Shown here: positions 19,798 to 30,200 of the stretch, one piece after another
Layout: the number at the start of each line of letters is the position of its first letter
Numbering within the stretch: the stretch's first letter is position 1
Origin: Candidatus Oxydemutator sp.
Lineage (GTDB): Bacteria; Pseudomonadota; Gammaproteobacteria; Poriferisulfidales; Oxydemutatoraceae
Assembly (NCBI GenBank): GCA_965203445.1
Contig: OZ241883.1
Span: 736,001-800,000, forward strand
Reading direction: 5' to 3'
Length of the DNA stretch: 64,000 bases
The notes under the pieces: generated by a model
Seen by the model: the letters and a program-made list of their open reading frames with translations, nothing else
Databases searched by the model: none
What the model was told of the DNA's origin: nothing
Translations under genes and position numbers: made by a program

Positions 19798-21560
19798 GCC
19801 TGCTCGAGCGGCGCCTGGAAGCGCGCGCTGATGCGGTGGCGTTTCAGCTTCAGGGTCGGGGTCAGCAGGCCGTTCTCCACGTTCCACGGATCGCGCAGCA
19901 GAATCACGCGGCGTACGCGCGCGTACGCCGCCGCGCCCGACAGGCACGCGCGCGCGCGCCGCAACGCCTCGGCCTCCAACGCCGCGTCCTCGACGACCGC
20001 GTCCGTGCCCCGGGCGCGCGCGAGCACCTCGTCGGCCAACACCAGCAACGCGACCAGAAACGGGCGGCCCTCGCCGTGCACCATCGCCTGCGCGAACCAC
20101 GCGTCGGACAGCAACGCATGCTCCAGGTCCGCCGGCGGCACCTTCTCGCCGTTCGCCATGACGATGATCTCCTTGATGCGGCCGATGATGTAGAGGCGCC
20201 CGTGCTCGTCGAGACGCGCCTGATCGCCGGTGTGCAGCCAACCGGCGGCGTCCAGCGCCCGCGCCGTGGCCTCGGCGTTGCGCCAGTACTCGCGCAGCAG
20301 GTACGGGCTGCGCGTCAACAATTCACGGTTGTCGCCGATGCGCACTTCGACGCCCGCCAGCGGCAGGCCGATGCTGGCGGGGGGGCCTCCGGCCTCGTTG
20401 ACCGACAACACCGGGGCCGTCTCGGTCAGGCCGTAACCCTGATACACCGGCACGCCGAGCGCGGTCAGCGTGCGGTTGATCGCGGGCGCCAGCGCGGCGC
20501 CGCCGGAAAGCGCGTAACGCAGGCGCCCGCCGAGACCGCGCCGAAACTTGCGCGCGATAAGCGCGTCGAACAGCGGCCACAGCAGGCGGCACGCGAGGGC
20601 CGCCGGCGAACGACCGCGGCGCCGCCAGCCGACCGCGACCGCGGCGTCGAACAGCCGCCGCGCCGCCGCCGGACGCTTGGCAAGCTCGGATTGCAGGCGC
20701 GCGTACACCTGCTCGTAAATGCGCGGCACCGAGACGAATACGGTCGGCCTCAGTTCCAGCAGGTCGTCTTTGAGCTGCTGCACCGAGCGCGCGAACGCGA
20801 CCTCGGCGCCGATCATCATGCTCAGGTAATAGCCGACGGTGCGCTCGAACATGTGCGACAACGGCAGAAACGACAGAAACAGGTTGTCCGAGCGAATGTA
20901 ATGGACGAAGTCGCTGGTGGCGGCGGCGTTGGCGAGGATCGCGCCGTGCGTCAGCACGACGCCCTTGGGCGGCCCGGTCGTGCCCGAGGTATAGACGATG
21001 GTCGCGACGTCGCGCGGCGCCGGCGCGTCGGTCGCGGCCGCGGGCTGCTCCTCGCGCGCGTCCGCGCCCCGCGCGTCGAAGACGATCACGTTGTCCGGCA
21101 CCGTCGCCGGCGTCTCGCCCAGCAAAATAACCCGCCGCAACGATTCCGTGACCCGCGGCCTCGAGCGTAGCCCGTCGAAACGCACCGCGTCTATGACCAG
21201 CACCCGCGCGCCCGAATCATCGAGGATGTAGCCGGCGTTTTCGGCGCTGTCGTGGCTGTAGATCGGCACGCTGATCAGACCCAGCCCCAATATCGCCTGG
21301 TCAAAGGCGACCCAGTCCACGCCGTTCGGCAGCATGACCGCGACGCGGTCACCGGCTTTCAGCCCCTCGGCAAGCAACGCCCGGCGACAGCGCGCCACCG
21401 CCGCCGCCACGTCGCGCCACGTGTACGCCCGCCAGCGCGATTCGCGTGCATCGTACTGACGATACGCGACCGCGTCGCCCGACGAGCGGACGCGCTCGGT
21501 GAACAGACCGCACAGGCTGCCGGCCCGCGCCGAGGAAATTTTCGGTTCCAGGTGCCGCAT
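19782..21560 (-). CDS. Long-chain fatty acid-CoA ligase (AMP-dependent synthetase)
   Basis: YTSGTTGPPKG, LPLSHMFER, QGYGLTE, WLHTGD, GRIKE, LTPTLKLKR. Confidence 0.9.
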   Translation of the reverse strand: MRHLEPKISSARAGSLCGLFTERVRSSGDAVAYRQYDARESRWRAYTWRDVAAAVARCRRALLAEGLKAGDRVAVMLPNGVDWVAFDQAILGLGLISVPIYSHDSAENAGYILDDSGARVLVIDAVRFDGLRSRPRVTESLRRVILLGETPATVPDNVIVFDARGADAREEQPAAATDAPAPRDVATIVYTSGTTGPPKGVVLTHGAILANAAATSDFVHYIRSDNLFLSFLPLSHMFERTVGYYLSMMIGAEVAFARSVQQLKDDLLELRPTVFVSVPRIYEQVYARLQSELAKRPAAARRLFDAAVAVGWRRRGRSPAALACRLLWPLFDALIARKFRRGLGGRLRYALSGGAALAPAINRTLTALGVPVYQGYGLTETAPVLSVNEAGGPPASIGLPLAGVEVRIGDNRELLTRSPYLLREYWRNAEATARALDAAGWLHTGDQARLDEHGRLYIIGRIKEIIVMANGEKVPPADLEHALLSDAWFAQAMVHGEGRPFLVALLVLADEVLARARGTDAVVEDAALEAEALRRARACLSGAAAYARVRRVILLRDPWNVENGLLTPTLKLKRHRISARFQAPLEQAYSGF

Positions 21561-21575
21561 TCGCGGGATTATAAA

Positions 21576-21755
21576 GGGAATTACATGGATAACTTGACAA
21601 ATGAAAGCCCACCGAACAATTCGATACAGAGTTCACGCGGGGACTCAAACCAAGACCCGCAAGTTGGCGGGCACCGCCGGTGTGTGTCGTTACGTAAGGC
21701 ACTATCGAGAAATGGATAGAGAACGTGACTTTGTCAAGTTGTCCATATAATTCCC
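21576..21755. mobile_element. 180-bp MITE-like element with 26-bp terminal inverted repeats
   Basis: GGGAATTACATGGATAACTTGACAAA (21576-21601) versus TTTGTCAAGTTGTCCATATAATTCCC (21730-21755): 24/26 complementary; AT-richer than flanks; no target-site duplication seen. Confidence 0.65.
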
Positions 21756-21781
21756 CGACCGAAGTACAATCGCACGTGGCG

Positions 21782-22738
21782 ATGGATACACGGCAAACAA
21801 TGCTGCGCGCCTGGCTGCAACGAACGCTGGGCGCGGATTTCTCGATGGAGGCGCTGCAAAACGACGCCAGTTTCCGGCGCTATTTCCGGATCACGCTGGC
21901 CGGCGGCAGTCTGGTCGCGGTGGACGTGCCGCCCGCCAGGGAAGGCATCGGCAATTTCCTGGAGGTGACGCAAAGGTTGGAGCGCGCCGGCGTGCGCGCG
22001 CCGCGCGTGCACGCGCACGATGACGTCAACGGATGGATGCTGCTGGACGACCTCGGGCGGCGCACGCTCGCGCAGGCGCTGACGCCGGACAACGCCGACG
22101 CACTCTACCGCTTGGCGCTCGACGAACTGGCCAGAATACAGCGCGCCGATAAGCACGGCCTGCCGGACTACAGCCGCGCGCTGCTGGTGCAGGAGATGTG
22201 CCTGTTCACCGACTGGTATTGCGACACCCATCTGCGTTGCGCCATGACCGAGAGCCGCCACGACGAGTTCGCGCGCGCCTTCGAGCTGCTGGCGGATTCG
22301 GCGCGCGCGCAACCGCGGGTGTTCGTGCACCGCGACTACCATTCGCGCAACCTGACGGTGCCGCAGGACGGCGCCGTCGGCGTGCTCGACTATCAGGACG
22401 CGGTAGCCGGCCCGGTTACCTACGATCTGGTGTCGCTGCTGAAGGACTGCTACGTCGCGTGGCCCGAGGCGCGGCGGCGGCGTTGGCTGCGCTACTACCT
22501 GCAACACAACCCACTCGACGCCGCGTTCGACGTCGTCGAGCGCTGGTTCGACTGGATGGGCATACAACGCCACCTGAAAGCCATCGGCATTTTCGCGCGC
22601 CTGCACCACCGCGACGGCAGGAGCGGCTACCTGAAAGAGGTGCCGCGCATACTCGGCTACGTCGCCGAATGTATCGGGCGCTACCCGGAACTCGACGGCC
22701 TGCGCCGCGCTCTCGCCGAACTGCCGCGGCCGCGATGA
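21782..22738 (+). CDS. amgK: MurNAc/GlcNAc kinase AmgK (aminoglycoside phosphotransferase family)
   Basis: DASFRRYFR, VHRDYHSRNL, LDYQDA, YDLVSLLKD, QRHLKAIGIFARL; upstream of murU; in-frame GTG at 21776 is an alternative start. Confidence 0.88.
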   Translation: MDTRQTMLRAWLQRTLGADFSMEALQNDASFRRYFRITLAGGSLVAVDVPPAREGIGNFLEVTQRLERAGVRAPRVHAHDDVNGWMLLDDLGRRTLAQALTPDNADALYRLALDELARIQRADKHGLPDYSRALLVQEMCLFTDWYCDTHLRCAMTESRHDEFARAFELLADSARAQPRVFVHRDYHSRNLTVPQDGAVGVLDYQDAVAGPVTYDLVSLLKDCYVAWPEARRRRWLRYYLQHNPLDAAFDVVERWFDWMGIQRHLKAIGIFARLHHRDGRSGYLKEVPRILGYVAECIGRYPELDGLRRALAELPRPR

Positions 22739-23424
22739 AGGCGATGATACTCGCCGCCGGCCGTGGCAGGCGCATGAGACCGCTGACCGACCGCGTGCCG
22801 AAGGCGCTGCTCGAAGTCGCCGGCAAACCGTTGATCGAGCACCATCTGGAGCGGCTGCGGGCGGCGGGCATCGCCCAGGTGGTGGTCAACGTCGCGCACC
22901 TGGGCGGCGCGATCCGGGAACGCCTGGGCGACGGCGCGCGCCACGGCCTGCGCATCCGTTACTCCGAGGAAGGCGGCGACGCGCTCGAGACCGGCGGCGG
23001 CATCGTCAAGGCACTGCCGCTGTTGACGGACGACGACGGCGTTTTCTTCGTCGTCAACGCCGACGTCTTTACCGACTACGCTCCCAGCCGCCCGCGGCTC
23101 GGCGAGCTGCACGCGCGCCTGGTGCTGGTGGACAACCCGCCGCATCATCCGGGCGGCGACTTCCGGCTCGACGGCGCGCGTCTGTCACCCGACGGCGGCA
23201 CGCCGCTGACCTTCGGCGGCATGGGCTACTACCGCGCCGAACTGTTCGCGGGCGCCGCCGCCGAACCGCGCCCGCTGGCGGCGTTTCTGCGCGAAGGCAT
23301 TGCGCAGGGATGCATCGGCGGCGAACACTACCGCGGCGCGTGGGCCGACGTCGGCACGCCCGAACGGCTCGCGGCGATTCGCCGACGCCTCGAACAAGGT
23401 CCTCAAACGAGGCCGCGCGCGTGA
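22735..23424 (+). CDS. murU: MurNAc alpha-1-phosphate uridylyltransferase
   Basis: MKAMILAAGRGRRMRPLTD..PKAL, ETGGGI..ALPLL, LVDNPPHH..GDF, W.DVGTPERL. Confidence 0.92.
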   Translation: MKAMILAAGRGRRMRPLTDRVPKALLEVAGKPLIEHHLERLRAAGIAQVVVNVAHLGGAIRERLGDGARHGLRIRYSEEGGDALETGGGIVKALPLLTDDDGVFFVVNADVFTDYAPSRPRLGELHARLVLVDNPPHHPGGDFRLDGARLSPDGGTPLTFGGMGYYRAELFAGAAAEPRPLAAFLREGIAQGCIGGEHYRGAWADVGTPERLAAIRRRLEQGPQTRPRA

Positions 23425-24287
23425 TCGAACTGCGCCCCGGCCACTGCCCCGAACCGCTGCGCCGCGCCGTGATCGAGAACGCGCGCGCCGCGCTGGCCGA
23501 GGATCTGGGCGGCGGCGACGTCACCACCGCGCTGATCGGCGGCGGCGACGGCGACGCGGTCATCGTCAGCCGCGACGACGCCGTTCTCGCGGGGCGTTTC
23601 TGGGTGGACGAGGTTTTCCGCCAGGTTGATCCGGCGGTCGCGATCGCCTGGCGCAAGAACGACGGCGATACGATTGCGCCGGGCGACGAAGTGTGCGCGC
23701 TCGGCGGGCCGCTCGCCGCCGTTCTCGGCGGCGAACGCAGCGCGCTGAACCTGTTGCAGACGCTGTCCGGCACCGCCACCGCGACCGCCGCGTACGTCGC
23801 GCGCGCCGCGCACACCAAAGCCGTGGTCCTCGACACGCGCAAGACGCTGCCGGGCCTGCGCCTGGCGCAAAAATACGCGGTCGTCTGCGGCGGCGGGCGC
23901 AACCATCGTGCCGACCTGGCCGACGGCGTCCTGATAAAGGACAACCACGTCCGCGCCTGCGGCTCTATCACCGAAGCCGTCAGGCGCGCACGCGCCGGCG
24001 GCGGCAGGCCGCTGGAAGTCGAGGTCGAGACGCCGGCGCAGGTTCACGAGGCGCTCGCCGCCGACGCCGAAGTCATCCTGCTCGACAACTTCGACGCGAG
24101 CGAGATTGCGGCCGTCGTACGGAGCGTGGGCGGACGCGCCAAAGTCGAGGTCTCCGGCGGCGTCAGGTTGGCCGACGTCGCCGCCATCGCCGCCTGCGGC
24201 GTGGATTACATCTCGATAGGCGCGCTGACGAAACACTTGCACGCGGTGGATTTCTCGCTGGAAGTGATGCCCCGGAAAGCGCGCTGA
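23421..24287 (+). CDS. nadC: Quinolinate phosphoribosyltransferase
   Basis: EDLGGGDVT, ERSALN, DTRKTLPG.R, NHR, IKDNH, EVEVE, LLDN, SGG. Confidence 0.95.
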   Translation: MIELRPGHCPEPLRRAVIENARAALAEDLGGGDVTTALIGGGDGDAVIVSRDDAVLAGRFWVDEVFRQVDPAVAIAWRKNDGDTIAPGDEVCALGGPLAAVLGGERSALNLLQTLSGTATATAAYVARAAHTKAVVLDTRKTLPGLRLAQKYAVVCGGGRNHRADLADGVLIKDNHVRACGSITEAVRRARAGGGRPLEVEVETPAQVHEALAADAEVILLDNFDASEIAAVVRSVGGRAKVEVSGGVRLADVAAIAACGVDYISIGALTKHLHAVDFSLEVMPRKAR

Positions 24288-24414
24288 TTATAGATAAACC
24301 CCACAACGTGCGTTGCGTCCGCCACCCGCAACCAGTCGGGACGCCGCGCCTGAAACCGGCGCTGCGCCAAGTCCGAAGGGTGCTACGCCAATGCGCGGGG
24401 TGCCTTATGAAGAC

Positions 24415-24450
24415 TTGACTATAAGATAAATCATACTTATTATCATTTGC
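24415..24450 (+). promoter_or_regulatory. Sigma70 promoter overlapped by a Fur box
   Basis: TTGACT (24415-24420)-N17-TATTAT (24438-24443); reverse complement of 24432-24450 (GCAAATGATAATAAGTATG) matches GATAATGATAATCATTATC at 14/19. Confidence 0.75.
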
Positions 24451-24488
24451 ATTAACCCCATCAACAGCCTTTATTGCAAGGAGGGCTA

Positions 24489-25811
24489 ATGCAATCCAAA
24501 CCTGTAAAACGTCATAGCCGTGTCCTGTTCACGGCGACCTGCCTGCTGGCGCTGGCGATCGCGGCGCCATCCGTTGCGCTCGCCGCCAGCGACAAGGAGT
24601 TTCGGGAACTGCAACGAACGGTGCAGGAACTGAAACGGCAACTGGACAAGGCCGAGCACAAAATCGAGGAGATGAGCCGCGAGGTCAGCGGCAACGCGCA
24701 GGCGGTGGAGGCCGCGGCCATGGCCATCGAGGAGGCGGATTCAAAACCCTCGGTGTTCGACAACATGTCCATCGGCGGCTACGGCGAGTTGCACTATAAC
24801 AATCTCGACGCCGACGACAGCGCGAACGACAAGGAGGAGATTGATTTCCATCGCTTCGTGCTGCATTTCAACTACGACTGGTCTGACAATCTGCGCGTCA
24901 TCTCGGAACTGGAGGTGGAGCATGCGCTCGTGGGCGCGGACGAAGAGGAAGCACCCGGAGAGGTCGAACTGGAGCAGGCGTATATCGAATATGATTTTGA
25001 TGCACGCAACACCGCGCGTGCCGGCGTCTTCCTGCTGCCCATCGGCCTCTTGAATGAGACGCACGAGCCGCCGACGTTTTACGGCGTCGAGCGCAACGTG
25101 GTGGAGAGCGTGATTATTCCGGTCGGCTGGTGGGCCGGCGGCGTCGGCTTCAGCCACCGTGCGGATAACGGCGTGAGTCTCGATCTGGCGCTGCACGAAG
25201 GTTTGAAAGTGACTCCCGGTGCGGAGGCCTCGATCCGCGGCGGGCGGCAGAAGACCGCAGAAGCGGCCGCCGACGATCTGGCCTTTACCGGGCGCCTCAA
25301 ATACACCGGGATGCCGGGCCTCGAATTGGGTGCCTCGATACAGTACCAAAGCGACCTGGCGCAGGACGAACCGCCGGAGTTTGAAGTCGACGACGACGGC
25401 AACGTGATCCGCGATGCCGACGGCAACGCGAACGAGCTCAACGACGTTGAAGACGCCTGGTTATACGAAGCACACGTCGCGTTCAACCGCGGGCCCTTCG
25501 GGTTGCGCGCGCTCTACGCGCAGTGGGACCTCGACGCCGACGGTGCAGTCGAGGAGTATGACGATCAGAAAGGATGGTTTGTCGAGCCTTCCTTCCGGCT
25601 GAGCGAGTCCCTCGGCGTGTTCGCCCGCTATGCGGACGTCGAAGGCGGGCGCTCGCGCGACGAGTTCGATCAATGGACGCTCGGCTTCAGCTACTGGCTG
25701 AACGAGGACGCGGTGCTGAAGGCCGACTGGCAGGACCGCGACCACGACAACGACGGCGACGAGGGGCGCGACTTCGATGGCTTCAATCTCGGCGTCGGCT
25801 ACCAGTTTTGA
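24489..25811 (+). CDS. Porin (OprO/P-like) with N-terminal coiled coil
   Basis: Signal peptide, coiled coil, GGYGELHY, DFHRFVL, ELEVEH, ELEQAY, HEPPTFYGVER, terminal GVGYQF. Confidence 0.8.
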   Translation: MQSKPVKRHSRVLFTATCLLALAIAAPSVALAASDKEFRELQRTVQELKRQLDKAEHKIEEMSREVSGNAQAVEAAAMAIEEADSKPSVFDNMSIGGYGELHYNNLDADDSANDKEEIDFHRFVLHFNYDWSDNLRVISELEVEHALVGADEEEAPGEVELEQAYIEYDFDARNTARAGVFLLPIGLLNETHEPPTFYGVERNVVESVIIPVGWWAGGVGFSHRADNGVSLDLALHEGLKVTPGAEASIRGGRQKTAEAAADDLAFTGRLKYTGMPGLELGASIQYQSDLAQDEPPEFEVDDDGNVIRDADGNANELNDVEDAWLYEAHVAFNRGPFGLRALYAQWDLDADGAVEEYDDQKGWFVEPSFRLSESLGVFARYADVEGGRSRDEFDQWTLGFSYWLNEDAVLKADWQDRDHDNDGDEGRDFDGFNLGVGYQF

Positions 25812-26358
25812 GCGTCGTCTCGCTGTAACCGCCGCGACCGCAAGCGCCCGGCGAGCAGTCCCGCTGTTGCTCCTGCTCTCGGCGTTGCCGGGCGCGGCGG
25901 GTGCGGTAACGCAGGTGTACGAAGCGCCCGATGCCTTCATCGAGCGCGTGTTCGGGAACAACGCGCCGCAAGCCGCGCTGCTCTACCCGGACAAGCCGCT
26001 GAAGGAGCGTATCCGCGCGATATTGGGGCGCCGCTACGCCAGGTTCCGCATCCGTTACTGGTTGCGCGACGGGCGCAGCGCCTGGGTGCTGGAGGAGATA
26101 GGCAAGGAGCGCCCGATCACCTGCGGCTTCGCCGTGTCCTCCTCCGGCATCGAGGAGTTGAAGGTGCTGATCTTCCGCGAGAGCCGCGGCTGGGAGATCC
26201 GCTATGAAGGGTTCACCCGCCAGTTCGCCGGCGCCAGGCTGACGTCGGCGGACAAACTCGACCGCGGCATAGACAACGTCACCGGCGCGACGCTGTCGGT
26301 GCGCGCGGCGACCAAGCTCGCGAGGCTTGCACTGCTGCTGCACGATAGCGTCCGCTGA
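25777..26358 (+). CDS. FMN-binding (flavinylated) exported protein; start uncertain
   Basis: EEIGKERPIT, FRESRGWEI, IDNVTGATLS (DxxT/SGAT flavinylation motif). Confidence 0.75.
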   Translation: MASISASATSFERRLAVTAATASARRAVPLLLLLSALPGAAGAVTQVYEAPDAFIERVFGNNAPQAALLYPDKPLKERIRAILGRRYARFRIRYWLRDGRSAWVLEEIGKERPITCGFAVSSSGIEELKVLIFRESRGWEIRYEGFTRQFAGARLTSADKLDRGIDNVTGATLSVRAATKLARLALLLHDSVR

Positions 26359-26385
26359 CACCGGGGGCGGACGCCGAGAGCGCGC

Positions 26386-27114
26386 GTGATGGTAGAGCAA
26401 TGGCATCGCCGGCTCGGGGTCGGCATTTTTGTTTTCCTGTTGTCGTTCGTGGCCACGGGCGTGGCCTTGCAGCATACCGCGGACCTGGGACTGGATCATT
26501 CCTACGTGCCCGCGGCCGCGGCCGTCGCCTTCTACGGCGTCGTTCCCGACGTCACCGACTACGCGGTCGGGCGCCGCTGGGTCTCCCACGCCGGGCGCTT
26601 TCTCTACTTCGACGGCGCGCCGGTGTTGCGCTTGCGGGTATCCGAACTCCGGGGCGCGGTCGCGCTCGGCGGCGCGTTGTGGGTCGCGGGCGACGACAAA
26701 CTGTGGCTGCTGTCGGCGCGCGGCAAGATGCTCGACGAGTTCTCGCACGGCTACGGCCTGCCCGACGTCGTTCGAGGCGTAGCCGTAGCCGCCGACGGCG
26801 ACCTCGTGATCCGCGGCGCGCGCGGCGACTGGCGCGCGAGCGTATCGGCGGATACGCCCGCGCTCGAGTGGCGGGCGTTTGCATCGAGGCAGTCGTCGTG
26901 GTCGGCACCGGCGACCGCGCCGCCGGCACTGCGCGAACGGGTGCGCGCCCACGCGCGCGCCCACTTCATCAGTTGGGAGCGCCTGCTGATAGACCTGCAC
27001 AGCGGGCGTCTGTTCGGTGTCGTCGGCGTCATCGTCGCCGACGTCGCAGCGCTGCTCCTGCTGCTGCTCGCGCTGCTGGGGCTATTCCTATGGTACCGGC
27101 GCAAGCCCTGTTGA
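26386..27114 (+). CDS. PepSY-associated transmembrane protein
   Basis: WHRRLG + TM + TG..L.H at the N-terminus; ERLLIDLHSGRLFG + TM at the C-terminus. Confidence 0.8.
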   Translation: MMVEQWHRRLGVGIFVFLLSFVATGVALQHTADLGLDHSYVPAAAAVAFYGVVPDVTDYAVGRRWVSHAGRFLYFDGAPVLRLRVSELRGAVALGGALWVAGDDKLWLLSARGKMLDEFSHGYGLPDVVRGVAVAADGDLVIRGARGDWRASVSADTPALEWRAFASRQSSWSAPATAPPALRERVRAHARAHFISWERLLIDLHSGRLFGVVGVIVADVAALLLLLLALLGLFLWYRRKPC

Positions 27115-27149
27115 CGAGACTCTCACGCCCCCCTGCTCCCCGTCCGCGC

Positions 27150-27230
27150 GACGTTGTCGCCACGGCGCGCGAGGTCATCGCCATCATCCGCGACGCCGGC
27201 GCGCAACCCTCGGCACTGCTCATCTCCTGA
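27150..27230 (+). pseudogene. pyrE: pyrE relic, copy 1 (internal deletion and stop)
   Basis: DVVATAREVIAIIRDAGAQPSALLIS*; same sequence flanks the 3' end of all three giant genes. Confidence 0.55.
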
Positions 27231-27248
27231 GGCAATGCCGACCCGTTC

Positions 27249-30200
27249 CTACGGCGCCGAAAACGTCCTGCACCGGCCCTGGTTCCCCGGCGCGAGCACG
27301 AAACACCGATCGGCGGACAACACCTCGCCGTCGAAGTCCAAATCCGCGTCCACCGCGTAATTGCCGGCCGCGTCCGGGTCGCGGTACGCGCCCGCGCCCA
27401 ACGACCTCAGGTTGTGCACGCGGATCAATACCTCGTCCCGCTCGTCTATCACGCCGTTGCGATCCACGTCGCCCGCGAACATCGCATACGTGCCTTGCCC
27501 GACTTCGGCCTGCCCGTCCCCGTGCGACTGCGCGAACCGGAAGTCCACGCAGTAGCCGGCGGTGCAGCCCTCGCCGCCGGGCGCCAATGCATTCGCGGAT
27601 ATTACCGACAGGTGGTTGCGGTGGTGCACCAACACGTACACCTGCCCGCCTTCGAGCAGCTCCGTCTCAAAACGCACGCCGTCCAGGAACAGCGCATCCG
27701 CCGCCGTCGCCGCCTCCTCGTTGATCCCTGCGATACGACCGTCGCGCAACAGCAAGCCCGCGGCGCGACCGCCCGTCGTCGGCGCCGATGCCAACGCCGC
27801 GTCCGCGGTCGCGCCGGTGCGCACCTCCACCAGCACCCAGTCCACTATCGTCGAGGTTACGCCGCTCAATCCAGACCCCTCCCCCACGTGCGGCACCGTC
27901 GTCGCCGCCGGGTAGTTCCACGGAGCCACGTTATAGGGTTGTCGCCTCGGCAAAACGTCTATCAATCCGGTGCTCATGCCACGCGAACCCCCATACGCAC
28001 CCTGCAAATACACGCGCGCGTCCACCACCACCAACCTGTCGTCGTTGGCTATCGTTACGACCGTCGAAAACCGGGTCGTGGCAACCGCAACGCTATCGCC
28101 CCGAGTACGCAACAGCCGCAACACCAGCTCCTCCTCCGGTTCTATGACGTAGTCGTCCAACAGGCGCAACCGTATCACCGCCCTCGTCGTGCCCGCGGCC
28201 ATCACCACCATACCGCCATCCTCGTCTCTATAATCGGCACCCGCCGTCGCCGTGCCGCTTACCTGATAATGGATGGTTACGTCCTCGCCGATAACCGTAG
28301 TAGCAGGCGACAAAGCCACCTCGAACCGAAGCTCCACGTCGCTCTCCGTCGTGCGTATATAGGCCGGCGTCGCCAGCATCACCACCGGTACCGACGGCTG
28401 CCTCTGGCGCTGCACGCGGATACTCGTGGTGTTGCCGCCGGGATAACGTATGCTTACACCGCGCAACGCCGGATAATCGAAACGACTCCCGAAATCCCAT
28501 GGCGCGTCGTCGTTCAACGTCACGACACCCATGGCCGTGCTCGCCACGCCGTCCACGTCCAACTGATCCCAACCGGCGTAGATGCCCGCGGCCGCCGTCG
28601 GCGCGCGCAACTCGGTGGACGTCCTGGACGACCGATCCGGCGACGGCTCGTTCTCGCCACAGCACGAAGTCTGCCCGCTGCGCGCGTGGTCAAAGTAGCT
28701 CGCCTGAACGTCGTATTCGGCCGCGTCGGCTTCATCACGCCCCCCCACCAGGCCGCCCCGGTAGATGCTTGCGCCGTGCGCTCCCCCCGTCACCCTGCCT
28801 ATCGAGTAACTGGCGCTCACCACCGAACCTATGGCGGCCCGGCCTATCAGACCACCCGAACGGAGCGCATCCGCATGCACTCGCACGGCCGCGTAACTCG
28901 CCAATACCGTGCCATGATTGGCACCCGCCAGACCGCCCGCCGCAAAAACACCCTTTACGCTGCCGCCTGTCACGTAACACGCCGCCACTTTGCCTTCGTT
29001 ACGACCCACCAACGCCCCCGTGTGCATACTGCCGCCACCCACCTCCACGTTCACGTCCCACAAGCCCACGTTGCGGATCGTGCCGGCGCTGCTTACGGCA
29101 CCGAACAAGCCCGCGTTATCCAACCGTAGCGACGACTGGATACGCAAATTGCTTACGACGTGGCCGTTGCCTTCAAAAACGGCGGTGTAATACTTTATCG
29201 GACGCCCGCCCCCCAACGGCGTCCAGTTCCGCACGCTCGACAAGTCCACGTCGTTCGACAACTCGTAGCCTTTGCAACCGCCCGCACAAGTCTCGGCCTC
29301 GTCAAAAAACGGAAAGGCCTCGTCGTAGGCAACCACGTCTCCATCAGCCACGCCACGCAAACCCGCGCCGCCCAAGTCATAGCGGATCGCCGCCAACTGC
29401 GACGTCGTCGCAACGTTTATCAGATTGTTGCCGTCGGGATCGTAATCCTTCCCGTTCGGGGCGATGACGCTGACGACCGCGGAACTGGCGACGTTCAAGC
29501 GCCGGCGCAACGCGCTCGACGTCAAAAATCCGCTCACTCTCACTCGAAACGTCTCTCTCCTCTCCGACGTCCCGTCATCCGCTATCCCTACCCGGAAAAC
29601 CACGCTGTTGGTATTGGTGAGGAACAGCAACCCATCCCTGTCCCCGTCAAAATCCAACGCCTCGGCGTGGCCGTCGCCGGCACCGGTCAGCTCCACGGAC
29701 CAACTCATCACCAACTGGCTGACGCTGGGAACATCCAATTCTACGATGTACTCAACGTCCTGCCCCTCCGTTACCAGGTCGGCGCCCCGCTGCGACAACG
29801 TCAGCAACACCGGCGGCTGTAGCCGCCGTTGCACGCCGATACCGGCGGTGTTGCCGGTGGGATAACGCGCGCTCACGCCGCGCAACATTGGATAATCCAA
29901 ACCACTCCCGAAATCCCACGGCGCGTCGTCGTTCAAGTCGCCGTCATTGCTCTGATCCACGCCGTCCACGTCCAACTGGTCCCAACCGGCGTAGATGGTG
30001 CCCACGGCCGTCGTCGGCGCGCGCAACTGGACGACCGTCCTCGACGTATGCGCGTCATTCGACGGCATGTTCCGGCCACAGCACGAACTCTGCCCGCTGC
30101 GCTCGCGGTTATAGTAGCTCGCCTGAACGTCATATTCATCGGCGTCGGTCTGGTTACGCTGCCCCACCAGGCCACCTCTTCTGGCGCCTCCACTTTGCAC

